63,745 nucleotides of DNA from Octopus bimaculoides (Eukaryota): contig NC_068982.1 of the NCBI RefSeq assembly GCF_001194135.2, positions 91,899,156-91,962,900 on the forward strand, in the 5' to 3' direction. Position numbers and translations under genes: made by a program. The notes beneath the pieces are model-generated. The model was not told where the DNA came from, made no database searches, and saw only the letters and a program-made list of their open reading frames with translations. Shown here piece after piece: positions 49,180 to 62,945 of this stretch; within the stretch, counting starts at the first letter, position 1, and each line of letters opens with the position of its first letter.

Positions 49180-50720
49180 AACCCATAATTTCTTTGTGGA
49201 TGACCTCAAGATTTATGCTAAAAATTTTAACAGTGCCAAAAAACAGCTGGACTTAATAACATTTTCAGTTGATATAGGAATGTAATTTGGCCAAAAGAAA
49301 TATTCATATTTGATTGTTGAATGGGGAAAATCAGTCCCCCAGAGACAACACCAGTGCATCAATGACTCACTATTTCTCCTGTCTCACACAAAAAATATTA
49401 CAAGTGCCAAGGTATTAATGAAAATATGTCATCTGAAGACACTGTGAATAATGATAGAGTGACCCAGGGATATTACAGCAGACTAAGAAAAATATGGCAG
49501 TCTGAACTCTCCTCTTACAACAAGACAATATCCCACAATACATTTGCAATACCAGTGCTGATTCCAACATTTGAGATACTTGACTGATCTGTAGGAGAAA
49601 TCCACTCCATATACATTAAACCTGCAAGATTCTAACATCAACTGGAAATCTCTATTGAAATAGTGATTCGACAGTTTCTACTTAAGAAGAGAAGAGGAAG
49701 GCAGAGGATTGAGATCAGTGCAGACAGCCTTTGAATGTTGCATCATATCTCTCAGACAGCACTTGCTAAACAACAGCAGCAAAAATAAATACATTAACTT
49801 AACATTGAAAAGTGAAGAAAACAATATCCTATGTGTTGGCAACAAGATCCTCAGGAAGCACTCTCTTCCTGATGACTCCCCATACAAACCCAAATCAGCC
49901 AGATTAACATACCTCAAAAAAGATTTGAAGGCAAAACACTCAGCATACCAAACTAAAAAACCATGCATGGGTATGTTTCCCAAAGATGTGAAGAAGATAG
50001 TAACATTGACATGAAGAGAAACCTCTCTTGGATTCATGACTACTACATCATCATACTTTGAAGGCTATGCATTTGCAATTCAAGAACAGGACATTGTTAC
50101 TAAATACCTAATCAACAAAAGAGAGGGTGAAACTCTTAGATTATGTCGTATTTCTGTGGAAGACATCACACGTGATCATCAGCTGCCCAAAAGTGTCATC
50201 AAGATACTATCTACCTATGTGACATGATTTTGTCACAAAAACAATACACAATGCCATTTAGAAGAAAGACAGTCCTGGAGTAAACATAGTGAGTCTTCCT
50301 GTTATTGAATACGTACACAAATGTCTGAGTAAGGAATATTGTTGGAGCATTCCCATCAAAACATTTGTCAAGTGTAAGCATAATAGACTGGATACTGTTG
50401 CTTGGGACAGACAAAAAAAAGTATGCCCCATCATAGCAGTCAGCTGTCCTGCTGATGTGAATATTTCTTTGAAAATCAAAAAAGAAAGAAGCTATGGATA
50501 GCTACTTCAAAACCTCCAGCTTCTATGTCTGGATTACAAATTTACATTTGTACCAATAATAATTGGAGCACTTGATTTTATAAGTAAATGCCCAACTGTC
50601 AATCTGGATAAGCTTGAATTTCAGAAAAAGAAATCAAGCAACTGACTGGCACATTACAAATACAGTCTGTAAGCAGAACAGGAAAACTATGCAAGACTTT
50701 TCTCAGGTTTAAAACGTGAC
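49180..50720 (+). mobile_element. Degraded R4/Dong-like RLE LINE (RT C-terminal half + endonuclease)
   Basis: FVDDLKIYAK, FAIPVL, FAIQEQDI, VSCPADVN, FVPIIIGAL. Confidence 0.8.
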
Positions 50721-51289
50721 ATTGTTTTTGTTATCTATATTCCAATGATGGAGCTTTGTATCTTTATTAGGAACCAGCTCCTTCTTCAGAGGAAGAATTC
50801 AAATGATTAAAAACAGAAGAGAAACAAACAAACATGCATGCACATGCACGCGCACACGCACACACACAAACGCACACTCACACATGCATGCTCACACGCG
50901 CATGCGTGCATGCACACACACACACACACACACACATATGAAATTGAATAAATTTCAGGGGGAACAGAAACTGCATACTCAACTTCATTAGGTTACAGCT
51001 GTGTCCAGGTTCTTTGATTCGGTCATATGTGCAATGTTTAAATGTGTATTAGCATATATATTCCATGTATTTTTTTATCTATCTGTATGAATTGTTATTT
51101 GTATAGGGGTTCATTATACACCTTTGTATATACATATGTACACAAAATTATCTGACTCTACATATTTCTGAGAGTGGCTTATTCTCTTCAGAATTTTTAT
51201 TACATTTCTTTTGTATTTTCATATTTTCAAAGCTGATTTTTTTTTCCATATATGCAAATGCTTTCCCAAAGAAACTTGCACTATATATA

Positions 51290-52424
51290 TCTATATATAT
51301 AAAAATGAGAATGTGTGTCTGTCTGTCTGTGTGAATCCCTAAAACTCGAGAACTACGCAACCAATTTCATTCAAATTTTATAGATGCCTTACTTAGGGTT
51401 CCAGTTGTGTTTTAGTCAAAAAAAATTTTAACTTCTTGCAGAGTTCGAGCCCACAGCAACATAATATCTCCTCCACTATTTAAGTATTACGTGTCAAAAG
51501 TGAAACAAAAACACTCATGTCAAATACTTTCACTTCAAAAATGAAACTATTCTACTAACTGAAACAATCACATTTCGATACTGTAATGACAGATACTTTC
51601 AGAGAGAGANNNNNNNNNNNNNNNNNNNNNNNNNNNNNNNNNNNNNNNNNNNNNNNNNNNNNNNNNNNNNNNNNNNNNNNNNNNNNNNNNNNNNNNNNNN
51701 NNNNNNNNNNNNNNNNNNNNNNNNNNNNNNNNNNNNNNNNNNNNNNNNNNNNNNNNNNNNNNNNNNNNNNNNNNNNNNNNNNNNNNNNNNNNNNNNNNNN
51801 NNNNNNNNNNNNNNNNNNNNNNNNNNNNNNNNNNNNNNNNNNNNNNNNNNNNNNNNNNNNNNNNNNNNNNNNNNNNNNNNNNNNNNNNNNNNNNNNNNNN
51901 NNNNNNNNNNNNNNNNNNNNNNNNNNNNNNNNNNNNNNNNNNNNNNNNNNNNNNNNNNNNNNNNNNNNNNNNNNNNNNNNNNNNNNNNNNNNNNNNNNNN
52001 NNNNNNGAGCATTATTTGTAATTCAACGGTACAACAGTGTAAGACTACCCTTTCAGATATACTTTCATTGTGATTTCTGCAATGTGGTGCATAAATTGTC
52101 AAGTAAATGAGACGCATCTTTGCCTCCACTGATTCACTTGCAAAGTGTTGAGTAAAATTATTTCGTTGCAGACCTCCTTTGGGTCTTTTTATTATCACTA
52201 CAACACACATAGTCCCCAGTTGGTAGCATTGATTTCAAGGCCCTCCTAGATGAGAGACTGGCATTCCACTTAATGTCTATGTTCCATGCTGGCATGGATT
52301 GGAGAGTTATTAATGTAGAAATATGGTATCGTAGCTACTAACAGTTGAGGGTTGCATATTATAGATGGCGTTTTTAGATTTCATTATTCTCTTTAACCCG
52401 GTCAAAGCCGGGTATTTCTGCTAG
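51290..52424 (+). mobile_element. Non-autonomous Helitron copy B (gap 51610-52006)
   Basis: A|TCTATATATATAAAAATGAG start; 3' hairpin ACCCGG-tcaaag-CCGGGT (52396-52413) then CTAG|T; first ~300 bp very similar to copy A. Confidence 0.85.
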
Positions 52425-52911
52425 TATACTATATATACATATTCTTTCCGCATAAGTAAAAAAGACGGATAGTCAAAAGCAGGCATGACAATATTCTAGG
52501 TGTATGGATTAACATGGATTTTGAGAGATCCATTTTGAGAGACTTCTGATAGAGTTAACTTGATTTCACATCATGAATCTCTCAAAATCTGTGTTAATCC
52601 ATGCACCTACAATATTAAGATGTGCAGCAAATGTTGTTAGCACTGCTTCGTGCAACATTATCAATTTAATTCCAGTTTGTCCAAGCTTTATGAACAATAG
52701 CATATACTCCATGTACTGTTTTAATAAAAACAATTTCATTCTGACTAGGCTGTGTAAGACATATTTGATTTTCTTAGCTGACAAAGTGAAACAACACATG
52801 TCTAAGAAGGCAGTTTTCCAACAGGATCAGCTTCACAGCAGAAAGTCTTCTCATATGTGAGTGCCCTGAACATGTTGAATATAATTTTACAAAAATACAC
52901 ACATACACATA

Positions 52912-52953
<42 letters not shown>

Positions 52954-53039
52954 TAGATAGATAGATAGATAGAGGAAAGTAGACACCTAGCTAAAACCAA
53001 AGTCCTAATAAGTAGGAAGGTAGACAAAACACAAACCCC

Positions 53040-53222
53040 TGACTGGCCTTCGTGCCGGTGGCACGTAAAAGCACCCACTACACTCTCGGAGTGGTTGGTG
53101 TTAGGAAGGGCATCTAGCTGTAGAAACTCTGCCAGATCAGATTGGAGCCTGGTGTAGCCATCTGGTTCACCAGTCCTCAGTCAAATCGTCCAACCCATAC
53201 TAGCATGGAAAGCGGACGTTAA

Positions 53223-53275
<53 letters not shown>

Positions 53276-53990
53276 TAAATAGACAGACAGACAGACAGAC
53301 AGATAGATAGATAAAGGTAGGTCTAGTGAGATTGTTGAGATGCTTGAGCAGAGGCATGTTGATATATGTTGCATCCAAGAGGTTAGTCTTGCAGAATAGT
53401 ATAGTGAGAATTATCTCTGCCTATGCCCCACAAGCGGGTCAACCAAATAAACAGAAGGACCACTTTTATGATATTCTTCTGCAGGCTACCTCAAAGATGA
53501 GTGACAATGATCTCATCTTCGTGGGGATTTCAATGGGAATGTTGGATGGCAGCCTGGTATCTTCCATGGAGTATATGGGGACCATGGAATTGGTTCCCAA
53601 AACAGAGGGGGAACAATACTGTAGACAGGGCCATTAGAGCAAAGAAGCAATCCTGAAAAGCCTGGAAGAGTTGGGGTAGCAGGGAACTGTATCAGATACC
53701 CAGAAGGTAAGCTAGGAGACAGGTATATCTAGCCAAGGGAAAAGCAGAAAAGAAGTTTGTCTATGTTCAGTGACATGAGGACCAAAGAACTGAAGTGTTT
53801 CAGGTTGCAAGACAGTGTGTGAGTGAGAATTGTGATGTCATAGGAGAGAAATGTGTCCACGTGGATGATGGTGCACTTGCTTTTAATGATTCTGCAAAGA
53901 AAGAAGCTTGGAGATGTCATTATGAAAGACTGCTGAATTTAGAGAATGAGTGGGAGGAGGAGAGTGTGCTAAATGGCTAATTACCAGCCA
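53040..53990 (+). mobile_element. RTE-X tail copy (53040-53272) plus degraded RTE-X endonuclease/linker fragment (53300-53990)
   Basis: IISAYAPQAG...KDHFYD; KKEAWRCHYERLLNLENEW. Confidence 0.75.
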
Positions 53991-54421
53991 GGTAACCTTG
54001 TACTTCTTCTACAGCAAGACACCTGTCTCAGTATAACCTTTTCATCATCAATGCCTTCTCCCCTCTTTAAAGTTTTTGTCTTGCAAGTGCTTGGTGACCC
54101 TGTCAGTGCAGGTACCACTTAAAAGCACCCAGTCCACACTGTAATGGGGTTGGGTTTCGAAACAGCATCCAGCTGTAAAAACCCTTTCCAAAACTGACCT
54201 CACCTGTGCTTGTGCCACATAAAAAGCACTAAGTCCACTCCTGCCAAAACAGTCACAGAAGTCTGGTGCAGGCTTTGGCCTGGCTAGCTCTTCTGGTACA
54301 GTGCTACCCTTGCTAGCATGGAACATGGATGTTAAATAATGATGATGATGATGACATATACAGCTTCAAATAGACCTACACACACACATACAAACACACA
54401 CACATGTATGTATTATATGGG

Positions 54422-54473
<52 letters not shown>

Positions 54474-54489
54474 TATATATACATATATA

Positions 54490-55400
54490 TTGCTCTTTCT
54501 GTCCTTCTCTGTACATCAATCAAACGGGACGCTGCTTGGCTGACTGGTTCATGGAGTACCTCCAAGACATTAGACTCGGCAATGACACCCCAGTCTCACA
54601 CCGTTTCTGCTCTACCGGTCATTCATTACAATACCTGTCTGTATTTGGGTTGTCTTTGCACAGGGGTCATCTGGAAGTCCCACCTATGCCATGAACAGGA
54701 ATTAATCTTCTCTCTTCACTCCTTTGTGCCACATGGGCTTAACTCCCCTCTTCTTCTGACTCCCCTCCTCTCGTTTCTTTATCTGACACCTACTTCCTCT
54801 TTTCACTCCTACCCACCTTCATCCCTTCACTGACACCCCCTCCATTCACTCCCACCCCAACACATTCCACTCCCACATACCCAACCCCTACCCCACATCC
54901 TCATTTCAAACCCACCCTCACATCCCTACACCTCAACACCACCACACCACACTTATCACATCACATCACACCACTGCGCACACACTAGCACTGACCACTT
55001 CCCAACACCAACAACATCATCCACACACCCACACATTACAGATGCACACACTTACATACGTACACTTACACACATCAAAGTCACCAGCCCCTATTCACAT
55101 GCACACACTTACACACTGTTACATACACACACACATGCACACCTTCGTTTTGGGATTACCAATACTTTATTATCTTTCCTTCTTCCTAGCTCTCCTGTCT
55201 AACTACCTTTGTCCAGCCAGTTGCCATGATTGACTACTAACTCCAAAAGTTCTTTTATTCTTTCTCTGTTTATTTCCTCATGTTCCTTTCTGTTGCAGAG
55301 TGTAGGCTTGAAATGTAAAAGACTTTCTCACCTTCTCGAGTGTCAAACTAATACACCTGCTTGTTGTTTATACACCTGTCTTCGTCTTTTGTTTTTCTGT
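54490..55400 (+). mobile_element. Penelope-like 3' end: GIY-YIG remnant, CA-rich spacer, degenerate hammerhead-type terminal repeat
   Basis: CSFCPSLYINQTGRCLADWFMEYL..PVSHRF..GH..L; cttt-CTGTTGC-agagt-gtag-gctt-GAAATGTA-aaag at 55286-55323. Confidence 0.65.
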
Positions 55401-55795
55401 AAATTTCAACTATATATATATATATATATNNNNNNNNNNNNNNNNNNNNNNNNNNNNNNNNNNNNNNNNNNNNNNNNNNNNNNNNNNNNNNNNNNNNNNN
55501 NNNNNNNNNNNNNNNNNNNNNNNNNNNNNNNNNNNNNNNNNNNNNNNNNNNNNNNNNNNNNNNNNNNNNNNNNNNNNNNNNNNNNNNNNNNNNNNNNNNN
55601 NNNNNNNNNNNNNNNNNNNNNNNNNNNNNNNNNNNNNNNNNNNNNNNNNNNNNNNNNNNNNNNNNNNNNNNNNNNNNNNNNNNNNNNNNNNNNNNNNNNN
55701 NNNNNNNNNNNNNNNNNNNNNNNNNNNNNNNNNNNNTATATACATATACATATATATATATATATGTATGTATATATATATATACATATACATAT

Positions 55796-55829
<34 letters not shown>

Positions 55830-56189
55830 GTATGTATATAGTTTTTTTCTTGAAGCTTAGGACCTATTTAATCCATAAGCAAGTGAAGTGGTTCACATGA
55901 AATCAAAGTGTGTTCACAATTGGATGGACTTATATGACACTTATGTACAGGATAGTCTTCCTTACTTTGTGCATTTATACTCATATTTCACAGAGTCACC
56001 CTCTGCTATTTAACTTATAATTGGGGCTTTTGACAGGTTCTACCATACCAGGCCAGAGTGAACCTGGAAGTAGTAGTGACTAGAATGTAATTTTATTCTC
56101 TTCAAATTCCAAAGCTTCTGAAATGAAGCCCAACCACTGGATGCAGTTTACACTATTACCTATTGTGTGTGTGTACGTGTGTGTGTGTA

Positions 56190-56450
56190 TGTATAACTGG
56201 CACTCCATTAGTTAGGTTGACAACTGTTCCAGTTGAACTGATCAACAGAACAGCTAGCTCATAAAATTAACATGAAAGTGGCTGAGCCACATGTACCCTT
56301 GATGTAGTTTTATGGGAGATTTGGCATAACACACTAAATGTGACAAGGATGACCCTTTGAATTACAGATACAACTAATTTTTACCAGCTGATTGGACTGG
56401 AACAACATGGAATAAAGTGTCTTGCTCAAGGATACACCATTTGCTATAAT
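56190..56450 (+). mobile_element. Old SINE body with L2-type tail
   Basis: ctggcactcc...ggactggaacaac..aaagtgtcttgctcaagga; family recognised from memory. Confidence 0.5.
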
Positions 56451-57273
56451 GAGTAGTGCTCTCAGAGCTGATTGTCTGTGAAACTTCTATTTAACTTCCT
56501 CAGTGCTATTAAAATGAAGTGTATGTGTGTATGTATGTGTGTATGTATGTATGTATGTATGTATGTATGTATGTATGTATGTATGTATGTATGTATGTAT
56601 GTGTTTGTGTATGCATATGCATATGCATTTGTGTAACTTTCAAGCAATGTTTGTAAACAGTGTCAAGCAAACGAATTAACCAGTTCTTCCAAAAATGCTG
56701 TGATGGAAGTCCTGATAACAAACAAAAGAACTTAACACATAGCTTCACATTTTATAAAACTCATAATTCATAAGTCATTTGTTTTGTTGTGTCTGGAGAG
56801 AGTCATTCTCTTTTGGTGCCTTGTTTTCTTTTTTTATATATTTCAGGCTCAAATATATGCCTGCTCACACACACANNNNNNNNNNNNNNNNNNNNNNNNN
56901 NNNNNNNNNNNNNNNNNNNNNNNNNNNNNNNNNNNNNNNNNNNNNNNNNNNNNNNNNNNNNNNNNNNNNNNNNNNNNNNNNNNNNNNNNNNNNNNNNNNN
57001 NNNNNNNNNNNNNNNNNNNNNNNNNNNNNNNNNNNNNNNNNNNNNNNNNNNNNNNNNNNNNNNNNNNNNNNNNNNNNNNNNNNNNNNNNNNNNNNNNNNN
57101 NNNNNNNNNNNNNNNNNNNNNNNNNNNNNNNNNNNNNNNNNNNNNNNNNNNNNNNNNNNNNNNNNNNNNNNNNNNNNNNNNNNNNNNNNNNNNNAGGGTA
57201 AGGGTGGAGAATTTGTGTTGGTTGGTTGGTTGGTTGGTTGGTTGGTGTTGTTGTTGTTGTTGTTGTTCTTCTT

Positions 57274-57304
<31 letters not shown>

Positions 57305-57906
57305 TTTCATTCTCCTCTTTCTGTTCAAGTTCTTCATCTCACTTCATTCTTTCATTCTTCCCATCCTTCTTCTCTTCTCCTTTTCTCCTCATTCACCCCA
57401 TCATCACCACCATCACCAAATCCATTGCTATCAACCACCTTCTCTTCCTCTTTCTCATTCTTCTTCCACTCTTCCATAAACACTCTCCTGATCAATCCTG
57501 CTTGAGTATTCATATGACAGAGTTAGTTGATCAAATTTAGCATGCAGTCAGCACTAAGATATACGATTTCCAGCCTGTATTGTCAGGTATCTTTATCAAA
57601 GAGGTTAGGCTTTAAAACATATCCTCCACAGTCACCCACTGCCCCATTGTGAAGCAGAAAGTATGTTGAGAGATAAGTGACAAACATAGAAGTTAACTTG
57701 TAAATATTGCTTCCAACATAGCTTAAAATGTTCCACATGAATATAAAGAGGCAGTTGGAACACTCATACTTTTCCTTCTCAATGATATCTCTGATGAAAC
57801 AAGGAATCAAAATTAGATTTGTCAAGAACTAGTCTTGGGTAAATTTTGCCTAAACATTTGAGGAATAGCAAGAGGTGTGCAATTATCTGAATGAACTCCA
57901 GTATGA

Positions 57907-58092
57907 GCGTCGTCGTCGTCGTCGTTTAACGTCCGCTTTCCATGCTAGCATGGGTTGGACGATTTGACTGAGGACTGGTGAAACCAGATGGCTACACCAG
58001 GCTCCAATCTGATTTGGCAGAGTTTCTACAGCTGGATGCCCTTCCTAATGCCAACCACTCAGAGAGTGTAGTGGGTGCTTTTATGTGTCACC
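57907..58092 (-). mobile_element. Young RTE-X tail copy with (GAC)n tail
   Basis: High identity to the 21980 and 32546 copies. Confidence 0.85.
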
Positions 58093-58291
58093 CGGGTAAT
58101 GAAAAGTTCCTGGCTTTGGGTAAAAGAAAATATAGGATGATCAGTTAATTATGATTTTATTCAACATATTCCCCTCTCAGATTCACATACTTATTGCAGC
58201 AGTCCTTCAGTAAAAGAACTCATAAAGTAGGGCCTCCAGCCAGGCATTTCATGATACCCTTAAAGCCAGGAACTTTCAGTATCCCCTCGTA
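58093..58291. mobile_element. Mariner-derived MITE (family of 34072-34290)
   Basis: gaaaagttcctggctt ... aagccaggaactttcagtatcccctcgta. Confidence 0.8.
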
Positions 58292-58299
58292 TATCATTT

Positions 58300-58530
58300 A
58301 TCTTTAATTTGTTCCAGTCATTAAACTACAGCCATGAAGGGTTTAGTTGAACAAACCAACCCCAGTGCTCATTTCTAAGCCTGGTACTTATTCAGTCAAT
58401 CTCTTGCACCAAACTAATAAGTTATGGGGATGTCAATAAACCAACACTAATTGTCAAGTGTTGGTTAGAGAGAAATACAAAGACAAGCACACAAAAACAA
58501 ACACACAATGACATACATACAGACATATAC

Positions 58531-58577
<47 letters not shown>

Positions 58578-58718
58578 GAATGGGCTTCCATACAGTTTCC
58601 ATCTACCAAATTCATTCACAAACCATTGGTTGGCTTAAGACTATAGTAGAAGACACCTGCTCAAGGTGCCATGCATTGAGACTGAATTTGGAATGACATA
58701 GTTGCAAAGTAAGCTTCA
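58300..58718 (-). mobile_element. Type B SINE
   Basis: Head 58718-58575, (TA)n, body 58500-58300. Confidence 0.7.
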
Positions 58719-59625
58719 TACGAGGCAGTATCAAAGAATTCTTGGACTAATTACATTTAATGTTTAATCAAAAAGTAACTTATTTACCTAAGTTTTAACA
58801 TTATCTCCTTGAAATAGTCACCTTGCACAGCAATACATTGGTCTCAGCATTCCTGCCTTGAAGTTTTTTCCCATAAACAAGTCGAGGACCTTTTGTGATT
58901 TGTTCTGGATCTTGACAACAGTGTTAAAACAGTGACCTTTGAGCTGAATTTTCATCTTGAGGAAGAGATGGAAGTCTGCAGGTGCTAAATCTGACAAATA
59001 AGGCCAGTACAGAAATGATACCATGTTGCTTTCGGCAAGAAACTCATGAGTGAGGAGAACTCAGTGATAGAGTGCATTGTCATCATGAAGAATCCAATTC
59101 TTTGCACTCCACAGATCTGATCCAGTCATTTTTGCCAAATGTCCTCCCTCAAATTCTTCAAACCAGTGCAGTAGGTCTCTTGATTGACAGTCTGGCCCTC
59201 AATCAATGGTCTGGGATGAATTCTTGACATACAATACTGTAGATGTTGAAAAACATCCAGAAATGTTCTTCTGCTTCTGAAGCACCCATACCACTTGAAA
59301 CACTGTGTAAGACCCATAGCCTCATCTCTGTAAGCTTGCCAAAGCAAGCAAATATCTCTGTAGCAGACTTCCCAAGTTTAAGACAAAATTTCACATTGGC
59401 TCTTTGTTCCAACTTCCTGTCTATGACAAACATCACAGACTACAGCATACACATGATCACAAAAACACAAATTTCACAACCTTTGAAGTAAACACAGCAA
59501 TGTCACTTGGCACACTGTCTCATGAAGGTCACTGCTAACTCTCACTATGCACACAACTGTGTACTGTCGTTTGTTGGTGAGCAACAGAACTATTCAAGGA
59601 ACATTTTCTAACTTCACAGCTATGC
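58719..59625 (-). mobile_element. Internally deleted decayed mariner (second family)
   Basis: EQRANVKFCLKLGKSATE; PYLSDLAPADFHLFLKMK..LKG; TAcgagg end at 58719; the other TIR is weak. Confidence 0.8.
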
Positions 59626-59809
59626 CTGCAGCTATAGACAAAGTTGACCTTGGCAAGATTTGAGTGCACAGTGCAGAGAATCAGAATGAATACCACTAGT
59701 ATTATTTTATCAATCAAGGAATACTGAAAAAAAAAAGGTTTGCACAAGAAACATTTGATCTCAGAACATTATTATATATCTAACCATTCTCTTTAATGAT
59801 TTCAGATTT

Positions 59810-60016
59810 TGATACAAGACCAGCAATTTTGTGGGGGATAGGTTTAATTGATTACATCAACATCAGTACTCAACTGGTACCTATTTTGTCAGCTCTGAAA
59901 AGATGAAAGGCAAAGTCAACCTCAGCAGAATTTGAACTCAGGACATAAATAGCGAAAAGAAACACTCTTAAGCATTTTGTCTCACATGCTAACAACTCTG
60001 CCAGCTCACTGCCTTA
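59810..60016 (-). mobile_element. tRNA-derived SINE, type A (further copies 61850-62064 and 62968-63180, both minus; partial 37500-37830 plus)
   Basis: aaaggatgaaaggcaaagtc...gaatttgaactc...gccagctcac signature. Confidence 0.75.
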
Positions 60017-60801
60017 AAGAGAAATGAAATAATATACAAAGCATTTCATCCATTATTTTACAGTTTCTGCCAAAAATGGTGAGTTTTATGACAGGCACAA
60101 TGAAACAAAATTTAGAGAAGATATCATTGATGAGACTGATGCCAGTACTTGACTGGAATGTATTTTATCCATTTCTGTTGGATGAAAAACAAAATAAACT
60201 CCAACCAGTGCTCATTTCTAAGCTTGGTACTTATTCAGTCAATCTCTTGCACCAAACTAATATGTTATGGGGATGTAAATAAACCAACACTAATTTGTCA
60301 AGTGGTGGTTAGAGAGAAATACAATACATCTAAATGTGCTTAAGGAATTTCGTCTGCTGATTCTTTGAATTTGTCACTTTGGTCTGCCAATAATAATGAT
60401 GAGCTTTAACATTATTGGAAAGCTATTCATTTCTAGGAAGAGGGGTACCATGAATTGAATTTCTTCCACTAGGCTATAATACTTGTTTTAAACAAACCCA
60501 AGAAAATGAAAAGTGTAGTCAACTTTCCAAGATTTGAACTTGCAATGTCCAAAACTTTAGAGTTTCTGCAAACAAATAACAATGATAATTACTACATTTG
60601 GCCCAAAGTCACAAAATTTGTAAAAGGTATTTTTGATTACATCATCAACAGTACTTCACCAATACTTCAGGACTATGAACCCCAACAGAGTTACACTCAA
60701 AGCAAAAGCATGTTACTAAACACCTCAAAATATTTTGTCCTATTCTCTACCAATTCTACTTGCCACTGTCTGAGATGATGATGATGATAATGATAATGAT
60801 G

Positions 60802-60864
<63 letters not shown>

Positions 60865-61420
60865 TCCCGGATGCAGTACTTGGTAGTGGCTCACATGGTT
60901 TCTGATCTTAACTGATTGGAAGTCTTATTATGTACATTGTTTTGTCTTGGTATAAAAGATGGGCTACAGCAAATATTCTGCTTAATACCACAGATTTGCT
61001 TGTCAGTTGTTTGACCTTAACAATTTGAGCATTTCACTTGGTGACTGACCGTATGTGCATCACTGATCATGAACAGAAGTAGTGGGGGAGCATCATAGCT
61101 ATGTGTTGAGAGGAATTCTTTGGGGTTTGAATAATTCGCCTTTGGAAACATGGGTGTTTTGCTCAACATCCTTAAAGAAACCTTATTCAGGATGGGCAAC
61201 TCAACCTGAAGAAAATTCTAACTGGGCCCCACCTGTGGGGTCATGCGCTGTTTATCTTGATATGAGATCACCATGTCGTGCACATATGGTTGTGATGCAT
61301 GTGCCTGGTATACCCTTATCAGACGGGTAGTCATGATGGGTATAATGTGCTTCGATATTTTACCCCAGTGTCACTTTGATGGCATGCACTGCTCTCTCAC
61401 TCAATAATAATAATAATAAT
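60865..61420 (+). mobile_element. ~550-bp non-coding retroposed element embedded in (AAT)n
   Basis: Begins tcccggatgcagt right after (AAT)n, ends ctcactc(AAT)n; part shared with 7995-8110. Confidence 0.65.
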
Positions 61421-61429
61421 TTGTCTGTT

Positions 61430-61700
61430 AACAGACATGTCTGTCCTACAAGATCAAAATGTCTCAAGAAAGGAATATGAAAAGCTTTCTCACAATAAAG
61501 ATCTGCAAATTGAACCCACAAAACTGTGGAAGCTTAGTACTACGATAATACCAGTAGTAATTGGTGCATTGGGAATGAAAAAGAAGGGGACTGAGAAGTA
61601 TATTAAGCAACTCCCTGGTAACTCCAATTTCCGTGAACTACAAAAGATAACCTTGATGGGTACAGCCTATATTCTACGGAAAGCACTCTCCATCTAAAAT
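61430..61700 (+). mobile_element. R4-like RLE LINE 3' fragment
   Basis: DLQIE..KLWKLSTTIIPVVIGALGM...GTAYILRKAL. Confidence 0.8.
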
Positions 61701-62154
61701 GGAATAAATGTGGTGATAATTTTAGTATGCATAGCAAAACAAAAGTGCTTTTGCTACTCTTGGCCTCCGTAGGATGCCCAGTACTAAGGCAGCTGAAATA
61801 AAATTATAATGAAAGGAAACCATAAATGATAATAATGATCATAATAATGGTTTCAAATTTTGCCACAAGGGCAGCAATTTGGGGGGAGGGGATGAGTCGA
61901 TTACATTAACCCCAGTACTTAACTGGTATTTAATTTATCAACCCTGAAAGGATGAAAGGCAAAGTCATCCTTGGCGGAATTTGAATTCGGAATGTAGCAA
62001 TGGGCAAAATACCGCTAAGCCTTCTGTCCAGCATGCTAATGATTCTGCCAGCTCACCACCTTAAGTAGCAGTAGTAGTAGTAGTAGTAGTAAGAATAATA
62101 ACAACAATAATAGTAGTAATAATAATAACAACAACAACAATAGTAATAATTTTA

Positions 62155-62195
<41 letters not shown>

Positions 62196-62196
<1 letters not shown>

Positions 62197-62945
62197 TAGA
62201 GACTGAGAGCACTATTCTTGCAGTGCAGGACCAAGCTTTGGCCATGAACTGGAGGGTCAACCTTAGGAATGAGCAAGTGTCTCTGCTATGCTGCATCTAC
62301 AACAGAGTGGATGACACCATTGCCCATATCACGAACGAATGCCCTAGACTTACCCAAAACCACTACAAGTTGTAGCAACACGACCAGGTATTAAAAGTGC
62401 TACATTGGAAACCATGTGAAAAGTGGGGGCAAGACGTGGTATGAGCACAAACCGCAGAGAGTGGCAGAATTGGAGACTAACGAAATCCTCTGGGATTACC
62501 CAATCCAAAAAGATCAGGTGCTACAGCACAACAGACCAGACCTAGTGGTGGTGGATAAGGTGCGCTACATATGCTATATAGTTGATGTTGCATATCCCTT
62601 TGACCCACAATTAGTCAGGAAGGAAGACAAAATGAGAGATAGATACAACTCTCTTAAGTACGAAATAGCCCAGCTATGGAAAATGAAGAAGATGAAGATA
62701 GTGCCAATTATTGTTGGGTCCTTGGGAACTGTATCAGAAGGCATCAAGAGGAATATAAAGGAAATTGGAATAGAATGCTCAGTAGATTTGTTACAAAAGG
62801 CTTGCCGCCTTGGCACAGCCAGAATAATCAGGAAAGTATTAGACAGCTGAAAAGGGTGAATAGCATGGTACCGTAGGCTGCAGGTAGTAAGCCCGCTACG
62901 CATACAAGACTCCAGGAGCTCCAACAAAACTTGTGATAAAGAGAA
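62196..62945 (+). mobile_element. 5'-truncated R4/Dong-like LINE (CCHC + RLE) between (AAT)n tracts
   Basis: HITNECP; HDQV; LWDYPIQKDQVLQHNRPDLVVVDK..IVDVAYP; IVPIIVGSLG. Confidence 0.88.

Noticed and set aside
3653-57505. Long ORFs in the supplied track that run through X stretches or microsatellites (poly-N/L/I/H, YI and CV repeats)
   Set aside because: They are artefacts of N-gaps (3772-4080, 21475-21941, 22987-23549, 41669-42133, 46639-46958, 51610-52006, 55430-55736, 56876-57194) and of simple repeats.
57583-57825. Possible upstream RhoGEF exon (acceptor-like ttccttgtttcatcAG, RRKSMSVP frame)
   Set aside because: No convincing donor with a matching phase and no recognisable homology; no 5' exon could be supported anywhere in 40631-63745.
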